Source: Nevskiales bacterium (GTDB lineage Bacteria; Pseudomonadota; Gammaproteobacteria; Nevskiales; CAJXLF01). Taken from it: 64,000 nt of DNA. Of the stretch, positions 19,937-29,816 are shown piece after piece. The stretch is taken from NCBI GenBank assembly GCA_041622995.1, contig JBFJXR010000002.1:68084-132083 (forward strand), given 5' to 3'. The translations under genes were made by a program, and so were the position numbers. The first letter of the stretch is position 1. The number at the start of each line of letters is the position of its first letter. The notes beneath the pieces are model-generated. The model made no database searches. It was not told the DNA's origin and saw only the letters and a program-made list of their open reading frames with translations.

Positions 19937-21363
19937 TACGCGCGACCATAGATGTCATCAAACCGGACGATGTCGTCCTCACCCAGATAATCACCGCTTT
20001 GTACTTCGATCATGACAAGGTCGACTACACCAGGGTTTTCCAGACGATGTTTGTGGCCAGCGGGGATGTAAGTAGATTCATTGGTATTTACCATCAATTC
20101 TTTTTCGCCATTAATTACTCGTGCCATACCTTTGACGATAATCCAGTGCTCGCTGCGATGATGATGCATCTGCAGTGAGAGGGATGCGCCTGGTTTGACG
20201 ACGATGCGCTTGATTTTGAAACGTTTTCTTTCTTCGAGAACCGTATAAGTCCCCCAGGGGCGATGGACTTCGTTATGTATCTTATGGGCATCGTGACCAT
20301 TTTTCTTAAGTTGCCCGACTATCTTCTTTACATCCTGTGTACGCTTGCTGTCGACGACGAGGAGAGCATCAGCTGTATCGATGATGATCAGGTTCTCTAC
20401 GCCGACAACACCAATCATTCTGTTTTCACTTTGGACATAGCAGTTGGATACATCATGTAATAGCGCCTGTCCTACAACTCTGTTTCCGGAGGCGTCAGCT
20501 GACTGCAAGTCACTCATGGCATTCCACGAGCCAATGTCGTTCCATCCTATGTCACAGGCTACGACACCGACATGATCGGATTTTTCCATAACTGCATAAT
20601 CAATGGAGATATCTGGAACATTCTGAAAATCAGCGGGTTTGACTTCAATTTGTGTGAAGCCATCGCCGTTCGACTTTAGAGCATGGTCGTAGCAGTTTTG
20701 ACTTTCCCTGAGCACATCGGGAGCATGTTTTTCCAGTTCAGATAAATACTGTTTCGCCTTAAAGCAAAACATTCCAGCATTCCAAAGATAGTTTCCGGAT
20801 TGAAGGAATACTTCGGCCTTTTCGATCGATGGTTTTTCAATGAATTGCTTAACTAAATGCCCTGAGGATTCGATATAACCATAGCCCGTTTCTGCATGGC
20901 TTGGTCGAATGCCAAAAGTCACTATTAAGTCTTTCTCGGCAAGCACCACTGCCTCTGACACAGCTTCATTAAAGGCTGCCTGGTTGGATATCAGGTGGTC
21001 AGAAGGCAGGATGAGCAGGATGGCATCTTTGTCGTTATTCGCCGCATGGATTGCAGCCAGTGCTATTGCCGGTGCCGTATTACGCCCAAATGGCTCAAGA
21101 ATATAAGAGACAGGTAGATGCTGGTTGTTAACCGATTTGTATTCTTCTTCAGTTTTAAAAAACAACTCACGATTGGTGACTGTGAGCACCTCCCCAACGC
21201 CGGGTAATTCAGAGGCGCGGTTAAAGGCCTTTTGTAAAAGGCTTTGTCCGTCGCTCATACGCATGAAGGGCTTGGGGTGCATTTCTCTGGATACAGGCCA
21301 TAAACGTGTGCCGGCGCCGCCTGAGAGAATGACAGGGTATAGAGTGTGTTTAGTTTGGGGCAT
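19936..21363 (-). CDS. manC: Bifunctional mannose-1-phosphate guanylyltransferase / mannose-6-phosphate isomerase
   Basis: 475 aa. N-terminal [15 protein letters not shown] and a C-terminal cupin region ([11 protein letters not shown]...[11 protein letters not shown]-type). Equivalent to WbpW, AlgA and CpsB. Confidence 0.93.
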   Translation of the reverse strand: MPQTKHTLYPVILSGGAGTRLWPVSREMHPKPFMRMSDGQSLLQKAFNRASELPGVGEVLTVTNRELFFKTEEEYKSVNNQHLPVSYILEPFGRNTAPAIALAAIHAANNDKDAILLILPSDHLISNQAAFNEAVSEAVVLAEKDLIVTFGIRPSHAETGYGYIESSGHLVKQFIEKPSIEKAEVFLQSGNYLWNAGMFCFKAKQYLSELEKHAPDVLRESQNCYDHALKSNGDGFTQIEVKPADFQNVPDISIDYAVMEKSDHVGVVACDIGWNDIGSWNAMSDLQSADASGNRVVGQALLHDVSNCYVQSENRMIGVVGVENLIIIDTADALLVVDSKRTQDVKKIVGQLKKNGHDAHKIHNEVHRPWGTYTVLEERKRFKIKRIVVKPGASLSLQMHHHRSEHWIIVKGMARVINGEKELMVNTNESTYIPAGHKHRLENPGVVDLVMIEVQSGDYLGEDDIVRFDDIYGRA

Positions 21364-21402
21364 GTTTTCTACTAGCGAGTAACGTAAATAATGCTCATTG
21401 TA

Positions 21403-22629
21403 TCAATTTGGTCGTTCCAGAGTTGATCTGAAGTTATTGCGAATCTGGGGCGTCGCATGACGTGTACGTGTAATTTGCAATTGAAATACAGTTTGACTCA
21501 CGGTTTCAAATGCTACACGGCAAAGTGCGAGGTAGAACTCCCACATACGGAGAAACTGTTCGTCATACATGTTGAGTATGGTATCGCGATGAATCTGTAA
21601 TCGGTCAAACCAGTCTCTTAAAGTATAGACATAATGCATGCGCCAGACTTCTACATCAGATACCCACAGCCCGGCTTCTTCTATGGCTGCAATGGTTTCC
21701 GACAGAGAGGGTGTGTACCCCCCGGGAAATATGTATTTATTGAGCCAGGGGTCGGGAGCACCGGGTTTGCTTTTGCGGCCACTGAATTGCAGCACGCAAA
21801 TACCATCAATATGCAGGTTTGAACGAATCTTTTTAAAGTAATCAACGAAATGGCTCGGGCCTACATGCTCAAACATTTCAATCGACGCAATACGGTCGTA
21901 TAAGCCCTCGGTGTGCCTGTAGTCCTGCAATCGATAATTGGTGCTTTCCTTTAGGTTACATTCAAGCTGTTCGGTTTGGCATATCTGCAATTGTTCCTGG
22001 GATAGGGTAATCCCATCAACTTTTGCACCATACTCTTTGGCAAAAAAACGGCTCAGCCCGCCCCAGCCGCATCCGATGTCCAAAACATTCAATCCGGGTT
22101 TGTCCAGAACGAGTTTCCTGGCCAGATAGTGCATTTTATTCTGCTGGGCTGTTTCTAGGTCATCGTCAGGCGACAGGTAATAGCCACAGGAATACTGGAG
22201 ATAACTGTCCAGAAATAACTTGAAGAATGGCTCAGCCGTATCGTAATGGGCCGCATTCTTATGTGACTTGGCCGGCGGGTTATAAGTGGACAGGCGACGC
22301 ATCAGCATGCGGCCTATATGAAGGAATTTGGCTGATTGGCTATATTTCCTGAGTGCAGAGCGATTATTGGCAACCACCGTCAGGAATTCGTACAGCGAGC
22401 CCTCAAGTAACTCGATGCGGCCATCCATGTAGGCTTCTCCCAGCCCCAGACGCGGATGCCTGAGCAGTTGCCACTCAACGGCTGGGTCAGGTAGACGGAT
22501 AATTACCGGCCTTAAATTTTCTGGTCCAAAACGATGTGTCCGTCCTTCCCAGTCAACCACGTGGAGCGCATTTTTTCTTATGACTCCGTCGAGTAAGTCA
22601 AATAATGGTGAGCGCTTTATCTCACACAA
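21403..22629 (-). CDS. Cyclopropane-fatty-acyl-phospholipid synthase-like SAM-dependent methyltransferase (CMAS family)
   Basis: 408 aa. YSCGYY, VLDIGCGWGGLSRFFAKEYGAKVDGITLSQEQ, and IFPGGYTPSL. The substrate (lipid or other) is not deducible from sequence. Confidence 0.8.
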   Translation of the reverse strand: MCEIKRSPLFDLLDGVIRKNALHVVDWEGRTHRFGPENLRPVIIRLPDPAVEWQLLRHPRLGLGEAYMDGRIELLEGSLYEFLTVVANNRSALRKYSQSAKFLHIGRMLMRRLSTYNPPAKSHKNAAHYDTAEPFFKLFLDSYLQYSCGYYLSPDDDLETAQQNKMHYLARKLVLDKPGLNVLDIGCGWGGLSRFFAKEYGAKVDGITLSQEQLQICQTEQLECNLKESTNYRLQDYRHTEGLYDRIASIEMFEHVGPSHFVDYFKKIRSNLHIDGICVLQFSGRKSKPGAPDPWLNKYIFPGGYTPSLSETIAAIEEAGLWVSDVEVWRMHYVYTLRDWFDRLQIHRDTILNMYDEQFLRMWEFYLALCRVAFETVSQTVFQLQITRTRHATPQIRNNFRSTLERPN

Positions 22630-22874
22630 TTTTGAATCCTTTACATATGTTCTTAAGCATCATGGAGGGTGTCGCGGCTTTTTTGAAAATCGGAGAAAAG
22701 TGAGAGGCAGTATGCCTTGCAAGAAGAAGATGACAATTACATAGAAAATGCTTGGCAATGGCAAATTTTAAGTGTGGGATACAGCAACCAACAGCCTCGT
22801 GACATGTAAATCAGGTGAAAACCTGATTAGATATTATTGTAACGTTCGTATTATAGAATTCTGTTAATAGAGGA

Positions 22875-23714
22875 ATGATAGTGAGATTAAGGTGGAAGTT
22901 AGCACGACAGGCCAGAAAGGCTGCAAGATTCAAGAGCAAACTTGGCGCTCATGTGACCGCACTTTTGGTTGAGTCTGAAAATGGTGTCTTTGCTGTCGAT
23001 CCGGAAGATTTCGTTGTCGGTCGGCGTTTGCGTCGTAAAGGTAAATATGGTGCAGATGAAATCAGTCGACTAAAGAAATTTGTTTCTCCACAAAGCCGGG
23101 TGCTGGTTGTAGGCGCGCATATTGGCAGTGTTGCCATTCCATTGGCCAGGGTTTGTAAAGAAGTTATCGCCATTGAGGCAAATCCGCTTACTTTTGGGTT
23201 GCTGGAAAAGAATTTAGCGCTTAACAAAGTTGAAAATTGCCAAACAATTCAGATTGCAGCCAGTAGCAAGGAGGAAGAAATTGAATTTCTTCTGAGTCGG
23301 GCAAACTCAGGTGGAAGCAAGCGCGTTCCATTGATCACGGAGTACATGTACTACTACGACAACCCCGAGTCGGTAATGGTTAAGGCCAAAAAACTGGATG
23401 ATGTTCTTGAGGATAAGAAATTCGATTTGGTGATTATGGATATTGAAGGTTCCGAGTATTTTGCGCTGCAGGGAATGCCGGATGTGTTGGCACATGTAGA
23501 TACTTTAGCTGTTGAGTTTTTACCCCATCATCTGCGCAATGTAGGTGGTATAGGGGTCGAAGAATTCCTGGCCGTCATCCCGGAGCACCTATCCATGCTC
23601 TTTATTCCATCCAAGGATACGACCTTGGAAAGGAAAGATTTCCAAGCATATCTGACAGATATGTACCAGAAAGACGAGGGAGATGATGGGATTATTTTCC
23701 AGCGGTCAGGATAG
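22875..23714 (+). CDS. FkbM-family methyltransferase
   Basis: 279 aa. VLVVGAHIGSVAIPLA, IAIEANP, and LVIMDIEGSEYFALQG. Confidence 0.75.
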   Translation: MIVRLRWKLARQARKAARFKSKLGAHVTALLVESENGVFAVDPEDFVVGRRLRRKGKYGADEISRLKKFVSPQSRVLVVGAHIGSVAIPLARVCKEVIAIEANPLTFGLLEKNLALNKVENCQTIQIAASSKEEEIEFLLSRANSGGSKRVPLITEYMYYYDNPESVMVKAKKLDDVLEDKKFDLVIMDIEGSEYFALQGMPDVLAHVDTLAVEFLPHHLRNVGGIGVEEFLAVIPEHLSMLFIPSKDTTLERKDFQAYLTDMYQKDEGDDGIIFQRSG

Positions 23715-23742
23715 ACCGCGTCAGGCATAACAAAGAATGAAA

Positions 23743-24654
23743 TTAACTGGGTTGACTATTTTCACTTAAACATCGGGCCAAAGCCGTTTTCCAGTCGAGA
23801 GGCTGCTTGCTCCAAGCCAACTCTGCTTTAGAGTTATTTAGTGTAGATCGTTTGGGACGCTTGGCTGGTGTTGGGAATGACTCGGTCGTTATTGGCTCGA
23901 GTTTTGGTGCCATGTTCAATATTCCGTTTTTTACACTTAATTGGAATATCTCCTTGGCAAAGTCGTGCCATGTTGTTTCCCCGTCACAGGTTAGATGGTA
24001 AATGCCTGATTCAGGGGCGCGACCATTAATAATCCTGTCAATAAGTTTCGTGGTCTCTTCTGCGATGTGCTCTGCGGTGGTTGGGCTGCCATATTGATCA
24101 TCAACAACACTCAAGCTGTCCCGTTCACGTGCAAGTCGAAGCATGGTGTTCAGGAAATTCTTGCCTTTTGCGTCGTAGACCCAGCTGGTTCGCAAGATAT
24201 AGTGCTGGCAGCCCGAGTTCATTATTTCATTTTCACCCGCTAATTTGGTTTGTCCATAAATATTGATAGGACAGGGTGGGTCATCTTCGGTATAGGCAGA
24301 ATGTTTACTGCCATCAAAAACATAGTCCGTAGAATAATGAATAAAGGGAATATTTAGTCTGGCGCAGGTCATAGCGATTACAGACGGCGCTTTTGCATTA
24401 ATCAATTCGGCCAAATCAGGCTCGGACTCGGCCTTATCTACCGCCGTGTAAGCTGCAGCGTTGACTACAATATCGGGCTTGATGTTTTCTATTATCGACT
24501 GAAGTTTATCGGGTAAGCCAAGGTCGCCTGAGGGTGAGGAATGACGGGTAAGCGCGGTAATATTTGCTTTGTCTTTTAGTGCTTTAACCAGTGCACTTCC
24601 CACCTGTCCATTCGCGCCAAATACAAGAACTGCAGGTTTTTCCTTTTGAGACAT
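23743..24654 (-). CDS. rfbD: dTDP-4-dehydrorhamnose reductase
   Basis: 303 aa. VFGANGQVGSAL and YGQTKLAGE. It is the last gene of the rmlBADC block. Confidence 0.92.
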   Translation of the reverse strand: MSQKEKPAVLVFGANGQVGSALVKALKDKANITALTRHSSPSGDLGLPDKLQSIIENIKPDIVVNAAAYTAVDKAESEPDLAELINAKAPSVIAMTCARLNIPFIHYSTDYVFDGSKHSAYTEDDPPCPINIYGQTKLAGENEIMNSGCQHYILRTSWVYDAKGKNFLNTMLRLARERDSLSVVDDQYGSPTTAEHIAEETTKLIDRIINGRAPESGIYHLTCDGETTWHDFAKEIFQLSVKNGILNMAPKLEPITTESFPTPAKRPKRSTLNNSKAELAWSKQPLDWKTALARCLSENSQPS

Positions 24655-24657
24655 AGG

Positions 24658-25224
24658 TTAGATCTTGTACTGAGGCAGTTGATCTGCAGGCACATCCTTC
24701 AGGAAAGGTGTATGCGAATCCTTCTCCGAAATGGAGGCTTCTTCAATGGGCCACTGAATTCCCAGCTCAGGGTCATCCCAGCGAATGCCCGTGTCGCCTG
24801 CCGGGTTGTAGTAGTCAGTACATTTATAACAGAACAGGGCTTCTTTACTCGTCACGCAGAAGCCGTGTGCAAATCCAGGAGGGATATAGAGTTGATTGCC
24901 TGCTTCTGATGAAAGTGTAACACCCACCCATTGTCCGAATGCAGGTGAACCGTAACGAATATCTACGGCCACATCATAGACTTGCCCAATCGGGCAGTAG
25001 ACCAGTTTCCCCTGGGGGTTGGGTAATTGAAAATGCAGACCTCTTAATACGCCTTGCTGGGAAAAAGACATATTGTCCTGTACAAAACTTTCAGCCAATC
25101 CTGCTTCGTTGTAGTTCAATTCACGCCAGGTTTCCACGAAATAGCCACGGCTATCTCCGAATTTTCTCGGCCGAATCATTAAGACACCCGGTAATGAGGT
25201 TTCAGTGACCTCCATATCAGTCAA
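24658..25224 (-). CDS. rfbC: dTDP-4-dehydrorhamnose 3,5-epimerase
   Basis: 188 aa. [21 protein letters not shown] and PPGFAHGF. Confidence 0.95.
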   Translation of the reverse strand: MTDMEVTETSLPGVLMIRPRKFGDSRGYFVETWRELNYNEAGLAESFVQDNMSFSQQGVLRGLHFQLPNPQGKLVYCPIGQVYDVAVDIRYGSPAFGQWVGVTLSSEAGNQLYIPPGFAHGFCVTSKEALFCYKCTDYYNPAGDTGIRWDDPELGIQWPIEEASISEKDSHTPFLKDVPADQLPQYKI

Positions 25225-26086
25225 CCTTGATCAGGTTATACAGGTACTCACCGTATTGATTCTTTTTCAGGTTGTCGGCCATCTTCAGTACATCCTCATC
25301 GCTGATCCATTTCTTTCGCCAGGCGATTTCTTCGAGGCAGCCTATTTTTAGGCCTTGCCTGCGTTCCAGGGTTTCGATGAATGTGGCGGCTTCAAGCAGG
25401 GAGTCATGTGTTCCTGTATCCAGCCAGGCGGAACCGCGGCCTAGTAAAGTGACTGATAGTTTGCCGTTATTGAGATAACGCCTGTTTACGTCAGTAATTT
25501 CCAACTCGCCGCGAGGTGAAGGCTGGATGTTTTTTGCTATCTCTACGACATCATTGTCGTAAAAGTACAGGCCGGTGACTGCATAATTGGAAGGGGGTTT
25601 GACCGGTTTTTCGATGATCTCTGTGACCGTGCCATTTTCATCGAAGTCAATGACACCGTAACGCTCCGGATCTCTGACACGATAGGCGAAAATATGGGCG
25701 CCATGGCTAAGTTCTGCACCATTCTCAAGCTGTCGGGCTAACTCATAGCCATAAAAGAGGTTATCGCCTAAAACAAGAGAGCAGGCATCGTTGCCGATAA
25801 ATTCCTCGCCGATAATGAATGCCTGGGCAAGGCCATCAGGCGAGGGCTGTACAGCGTAGCTCAGATTGATGCCCCACTGGTTGCCATCGCCAAGTGTGGT
25901 CTGAAAACGCGGGGTGTCTTGCGGTGTGGATATGATGAGCATATCGCGTATTCCAGCGAGCATTAAAGTGCTGATCGGGTAAAAAATCATGGGTTTGTCA
26001 TAAACGGGTAAAAGTTGTTTTGAGACGCCCAGAGTGAGGGGGTAGAGTCGAGTGCCGCTACCACCTGCGAGAATTATCCCTTTCAT
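25217..26086 (-). CDS. rfbA: Glucose-1-phosphate thymidylyltransferase
   Basis: 289 aa. [18 protein letters not shown]...[16 protein letters not shown]-type N-terminus. Confidence 0.96.
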   Translation of the reverse strand: MKGIILAGGSGTRLYPLTLGVSKQLLPVYDKPMIFYPISTLMLAGIRDMLIISTPQDTPRFQTTLGDGNQWGINLSYAVQPSPDGLAQAFIIGEEFIGNDACSLVLGDNLFYGYELARQLENGAELSHGAHIFAYRVRDPERYGVIDFDENGTVTEIIEKPVKPPSNYAVTGLYFYDNDVVEIAKNIQPSPRGELEITDVNRRYLNNGKLSVTLLGRGSAWLDTGTHDSLLEAATFIETLERRQGLKIGCLEEIAWRKKWISDEDVLKMADNLKKNQYGEYLYNLIKVD

Positions 26087-27147
26087 GCTGTTTCCTTTGT
26101 GCCCAGTCCGAGCCTTTGCCCCTGTTGGTGACTTTCCTGAATATTTTCATTCCATTCGGGGTTGCTTAAGTACCAATCCACCGTTTTCGCAATACCGGTT
26201 TCAAAAGATTCCTCGGGAACCCACCCTAAATCATCTGCAATTTTACTGGCATCAATAGCATATCGCCTGTCATGACCGGGGCGGTCATCCACATAAGTGA
26301 TCTGATCTGCATACACCCCGTTATCCTTGGGTAGCTTTTGATCAAGGCAGGCGCATATTGTCTGCACAACTTCCAGATTGGTTTTTTCGTTATGTCCGCC
26401 GATATTGTAGGTCTCACCGACTTTTGCCTCGGTCAGTACTTTTAGCAGGGCTTTGGCATGATCATCCACAAAGAGCCAATCCCTGATTTGCAGGCCGTCA
26501 CCATAAATAGGCAGAGGCTTATCTGTCAGTGCATTCATAATCATCAGTGGAATCAGCTTTTCCGGAAATTGATAAGGCCCGTAATTATTTGAACAATTGG
26601 ATACAAGAACCGGGAGACCATAGGTGTTTTCCCAGGCTCGTACCAGATGATCGGATCCAGCCTTGCTTGATGAATAGGGTGATCTTGGGTCGTAAGGAGT
26701 ATCCTCGGTGAACAAGCCTGTATTGCCCAGACTTCCGTATACCTCATCCGTGGAAATATGATGAAAACGAAATTCAGACTTTTCTGTTTCAGGCAATCCA
26801 GACCAGTATTCACGGCTAACTTCAAGCAGATTAGCGGTGCCCATGATATTGGTTTGCAAGAAAACCATCGGGCCATCAATTGACCGGTCAACATGCGATT
26901 CAGCGGCAAGGTGCATAATGGCATCCGGGGCGAATTCCTCGAAGGCAGAGGTCATAGCCTGTGTGTCACAAATATCCGCTTGTAGAAAATCATAACTTGG
27001 TGAATCGGAAATCCCGCCCAATGTGGCCAGATTTCCGGCGTAGGTAAGTTTGTCCACATTCAGAACCTGATGTTCTGTATGAGTAATGATGTGTCTTATA
27101 ACTGCCGAGCCAATGAAGCCAGCGCCGCCCGTAACAATAATTTTCAT
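26083..27147 (-). CDS. rfbB: dTDP-glucose 4,6-dehydratase
   Basis: 354 aa. [19 protein letters not shown], and [17 protein letters not shown]. Confidence 0.96.
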   Translation of the reverse strand: MKIIVTGGAGFIGSAVIRHIITHTEHQVLNVDKLTYAGNLATLGGISDSPSYDFLQADICDTQAMTSAFEEFAPDAIMHLAAESHVDRSIDGPMVFLQTNIMGTANLLEVSREYWSGLPETEKSEFRFHHISTDEVYGSLGNTGLFTEDTPYDPRSPYSSSKAGSDHLVRAWENTYGLPVLVSNCSNNYGPYQFPEKLIPLMIMNALTDKPLPIYGDGLQIRDWLFVDDHAKALLKVLTEAKVGETYNIGGHNEKTNLEVVQTICACLDQKLPKDNGVYADQITYVDDRPGHDRRYAIDASKIADDLGWVPEESFETGIAKTVDWYLSNPEWNENIQESHQQGQRLGLGTKETA

Positions 27148-27215
27148 GTTTTGACTAAGTAACTGGTGGAATTAATCTGGGTATTCTACAGGTCAGGGCA
27201 GTGTACGTAACAGAG

Positions 27216-29156
27216 TTACTGGGTGATCACTATATGGCGATTAATACTGGAGTTTTCAATTGTGGTCTCTGAGCCATCTGGCCATCGGACATGCACGTCG
27301 GCTGTGGCTGCATCCTCAAGGCCAAAGTGCACTTCTGTAGGATTTTGTGAGAGGTAATTGTTGCCTGCTTTAATTTCCCTCATCTGTCTGCCTTCAGGGG
27401 TAGTGACATATATTCGTGCACCAATCGCATCTGTATTGGGCGCCTTACCCTTCAATTTGATACTGAGATAGTGCTTTTGATTCCCTGATTCATTTCTGTA
27501 TGCACGGGCTGGCTGGTTGTTGTTGGCTATGAAAATATCAACGTCGCCATCGCGATCATAATCAAAGCAACTTATGCCGCGACCCTGTCGGTCATCATTG
27601 ATACCGGCTTCGACTGCGTATTCAGTGAATGTGCCGTTTTTATTTGATATAAACAGGCGAGATAGATCCTTGCCATATTCCGAGCCTGAAAGGTTTGTGG
27701 CGAAACCGTTCACATGGAAAATGTCGAGCCATCCATCATTATTGAAATCTGCGAAACAACTTCCCCAACCCCAGGAGCCATCGCGTACGCCAGATTCAGC
27801 AGTGGCATCAGTAACCCCGCAACCGTTATCGTTTTTGTAGAGACGATTACCCGATGTGCCCCAGTTTTCAGGTGATTGTACTTTTCCGTCGGGATCAAGA
27901 ATGCTGGATACGAACCAGTCCAGATCGCCATCATTGTCGTAGTCTTCTACCGCTGCACCCATGCCGTTTTCATCTGAGATGACATCCGGCGTGACATCGA
28001 CAAAGGTGCCGTTTCTGGCATTTAGGAGTATCTGGCTTGTTCCGAAGTCGGATGCGATCAACAAGTCAGGCCAGCCATCGTTATTTACATCTGCGAAATT
28101 CGGGGTAAAAGTAAAGTCCGTGCTGTTTTCATCTCCGGCAATATTCGAAACCTGAGGATAGGTTGCAGATATCCCGCTGGGTACACTTGTATCGGTAAAT
28201 GTGCCATTGCCTTCATTGCGCCATAAGTGTTGGGTGGATACGTCTTTAGTGACCTCAGAACCCCAGTGCGCCAGAAACAGATCCAGGTCACCATCACGGT
28301 CATAATCTGCGGCACTGGCGGATAGTGACAGGTTTCGATCGGTGAACAGGGCAGAGGATGTGGTGACGTTCTGGAAGCTGCCATCGCCCTTATTGCGGAA
28401 TAATTGGCTGGAATACCCGTTGATGGCATTAACGAGCAGATCGAGATGGCCATCCCCATCATAGTCAAAGAACAGGGGGGCAGCCGAGCAACCATTAGCG
28501 GGGTCTTCAGGCGGCAAGCCAACACCGGCAGGATCTGCGACATCTGTAAATGTGCCATCGCCATTGTTTCTGTATAAGCGATTGATTGAGCGATTGCCGG
28601 TGGGGAAGTAGAGGTCTACGTCTCCATCGGAATCATAATCGCCTGCCGCCACACCTGCGACCATGTGCTCGTAACCCGTGCGGCAGGTAGCACTTTGGTC
28701 AAAAGAGTGGCCATGGAAAATTCCGGTAGATTCTGTTGCGTCTGTGAATTGCACATTGTTTACTGGCGCCGACGTATCGGGGTCATCTTCTCCCGTTGAC
28801 GTTGGCGGTGTATCGACGTTTTCCGGGTGTTCAGGAATTGGGCTGCCATCTGTATCCGATCCGCCAGAATCTTCTGGGGGTGGCTCCTGAGGTGGGTCTT
28901 CCACTGGGGATCCCCCATCTGTCCCGCCATCTGTATCAACAGTGCTTGCAACGAAAGTAGAGCCGGTGAGTGTTATATCACCGAATTTATTCACACATTC
29001 GCCAGTTTGTTCATTCAAATTGGGCGCGCCTTGTTCAACTGTTGAAAGTGTAACATCGTCGCTTCCGCCACCACCTGGGCATCCACTGAGGGTAAATGAC
29101 AGTATGACAACAACGGAACTCACTCTGATTTTGCGCATGACTATTTTCTGCTTCAT
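27216..29156 (-). CDS. CRTAC1-family FG-GAP/VCBS-repeat lipoprotein with a C-terminal ASPIC/UnbV domain
   Basis: Lipobox FTLSGC, followed by an acidic Pro/Asp/Gly-rich linker. Repeated DYDxDGDxDL FG-GAP Ca-binding motifs occur at least 6 times. The C-terminus HYLSIKLKG...NTDAIGARIYV...AGNNYLSQNPTEVHFGL is UnbV_ASPIC-like. The start codon is uncertain; the ORF extends to 29192 and internal Met codons at 29156 and 29138 give better signal peptides. Confidence 0.8.
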   Translation of the reverse strand: MKQKIVMRKIRVSSVVVILSFTLSGCPGGGGSDDVTLSTVEQGAPNLNEQTGECVNKFGDITLTGSTFVASTVDTDGGTDGGSPVEDPPQEPPPEDSGGSDTDGSPIPEHPENVDTPPTSTGEDDPDTSAPVNNVQFTDATESTGIFHGHSFDQSATCRTGYEHMVAGVAAGDYDSDGDVDLYFPTGNRSINRLYRNNGDGTFTDVADPAGVGLPPEDPANGCSAAPLFFDYDGDGHLDLLVNAINGYSSQLFRNKGDGSFQNVTTSSALFTDRNLSLSASAADYDRDGDLDLFLAHWGSEVTKDVSTQHLWRNEGNGTFTDTSVPSGISATYPQVSNIAGDENSTDFTFTPNFADVNNDGWPDLLIASDFGTSQILLNARNGTFVDVTPDVISDENGMGAAVEDYDNDGDLDWFVSSILDPDGKVQSPENWGTSGNRLYKNDNGCGVTDATAESGVRDGSWGWGSCFADFNNDGWLDIFHVNGFATNLSGSEYGKDLSRLFISNKNGTFTEYAVEAGINDDRQGRGISCFDYDRDGDVDIFIANNNQPARAYRNESGNQKHYLSIKLKGKAPNTDAIGARIYVTTPEGRQMREIKAGNNYLSQNPTEVHFGLEDAATADVHVRWPDGSETTIENSSINRHIVITQ

Positions 29157-29300
29157 TTCTGACGTTAAAACTATTGTCTGAGCATAGCGCAATATGCCAA
29201 TTGTGGGTCGCGAATTTATAGGGATGCAATTTTAATCTGTTAGGCTACACTACAAGGGTATTTACAAGCCAAGAACCGACCTTAGGTCAGAGAGGGTAGT

Positions 29301-29807
29301 ATGCGTCAATCTCAATTTATACTGGCAAGTCAGAGGAAAAGGATTTCAAAATTCAGTCTGATGGTTCTGGGGGCGTTCATGACCTGCAATGCTGGTACTG
29401 CTCTCTCAGATGAAAACGCAATTCCTGCTTTGATCTCGATAGACGGGAATTCATTGCAAACATCTTCCTATGTACATGACGCTGTTGTTACTGTTTCTCA
29501 TCCCGGTGGCTCAGTCAGCGAGCACAGCATTCGAGGTGGCGAATCGCTCGGGCTGCATAATTTGGCATCAAATAAGAAGCATGCGAAATCAAGATGGGGG
29601 GCGGGCGGTTCCAGTCTGGAAGATGGTGTTTATAAGTATGAATTGACTAGCCTGCCGGATTATTTGCACACAAGAACAGCAGAAGAATTTGAAAGCAATC
29701 AATATGAAAATGTCTCAGCAGTAACTGATACAGTTTCCGGTTCTTTTCGTGTTCTCAATGGTCAGGTCGTTTCTGATCAGCTTGTTGAACCTGAAGCCTT
29801 TGAGTAG
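29301..29807 (+). CDS. Hypothetical secreted protein
   Basis: 168 aa with an N-terminal signal-like hydrophobic segment (FSLMVLGAFMTCNAGTALS). I recognise no family. It lies 9 nt upstream of the tail-fibre-like gene, so it is probably co-transcribed. Confidence 0.5.
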   Translation: MRQSQFILASQRKRISKFSLMVLGAFMTCNAGTALSDENAIPALISIDGNSLQTSSYVHDAVVTVSHPGGSVSEHSIRGGESLGLHNLASNKKHAKSRWGAGGSSLEDGVYKYELTSLPDYLHTRTAEEFESNQYENVSAVTDTVSGSFRVLNGQVVSDQLVEPEAFE

Positions 29808-29816
29808 GGGTGCATT

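Noticed and set aside
22810-22829. Hairpin AATCAGGT-GAAA-ACCTGATT in the cfa-like / FkbM divergent spacer
   Set aside because: It is a short 8-bp stem with no T-run, located between divergent starts. I found no second copy, so there is not enough evidence to assign a function.
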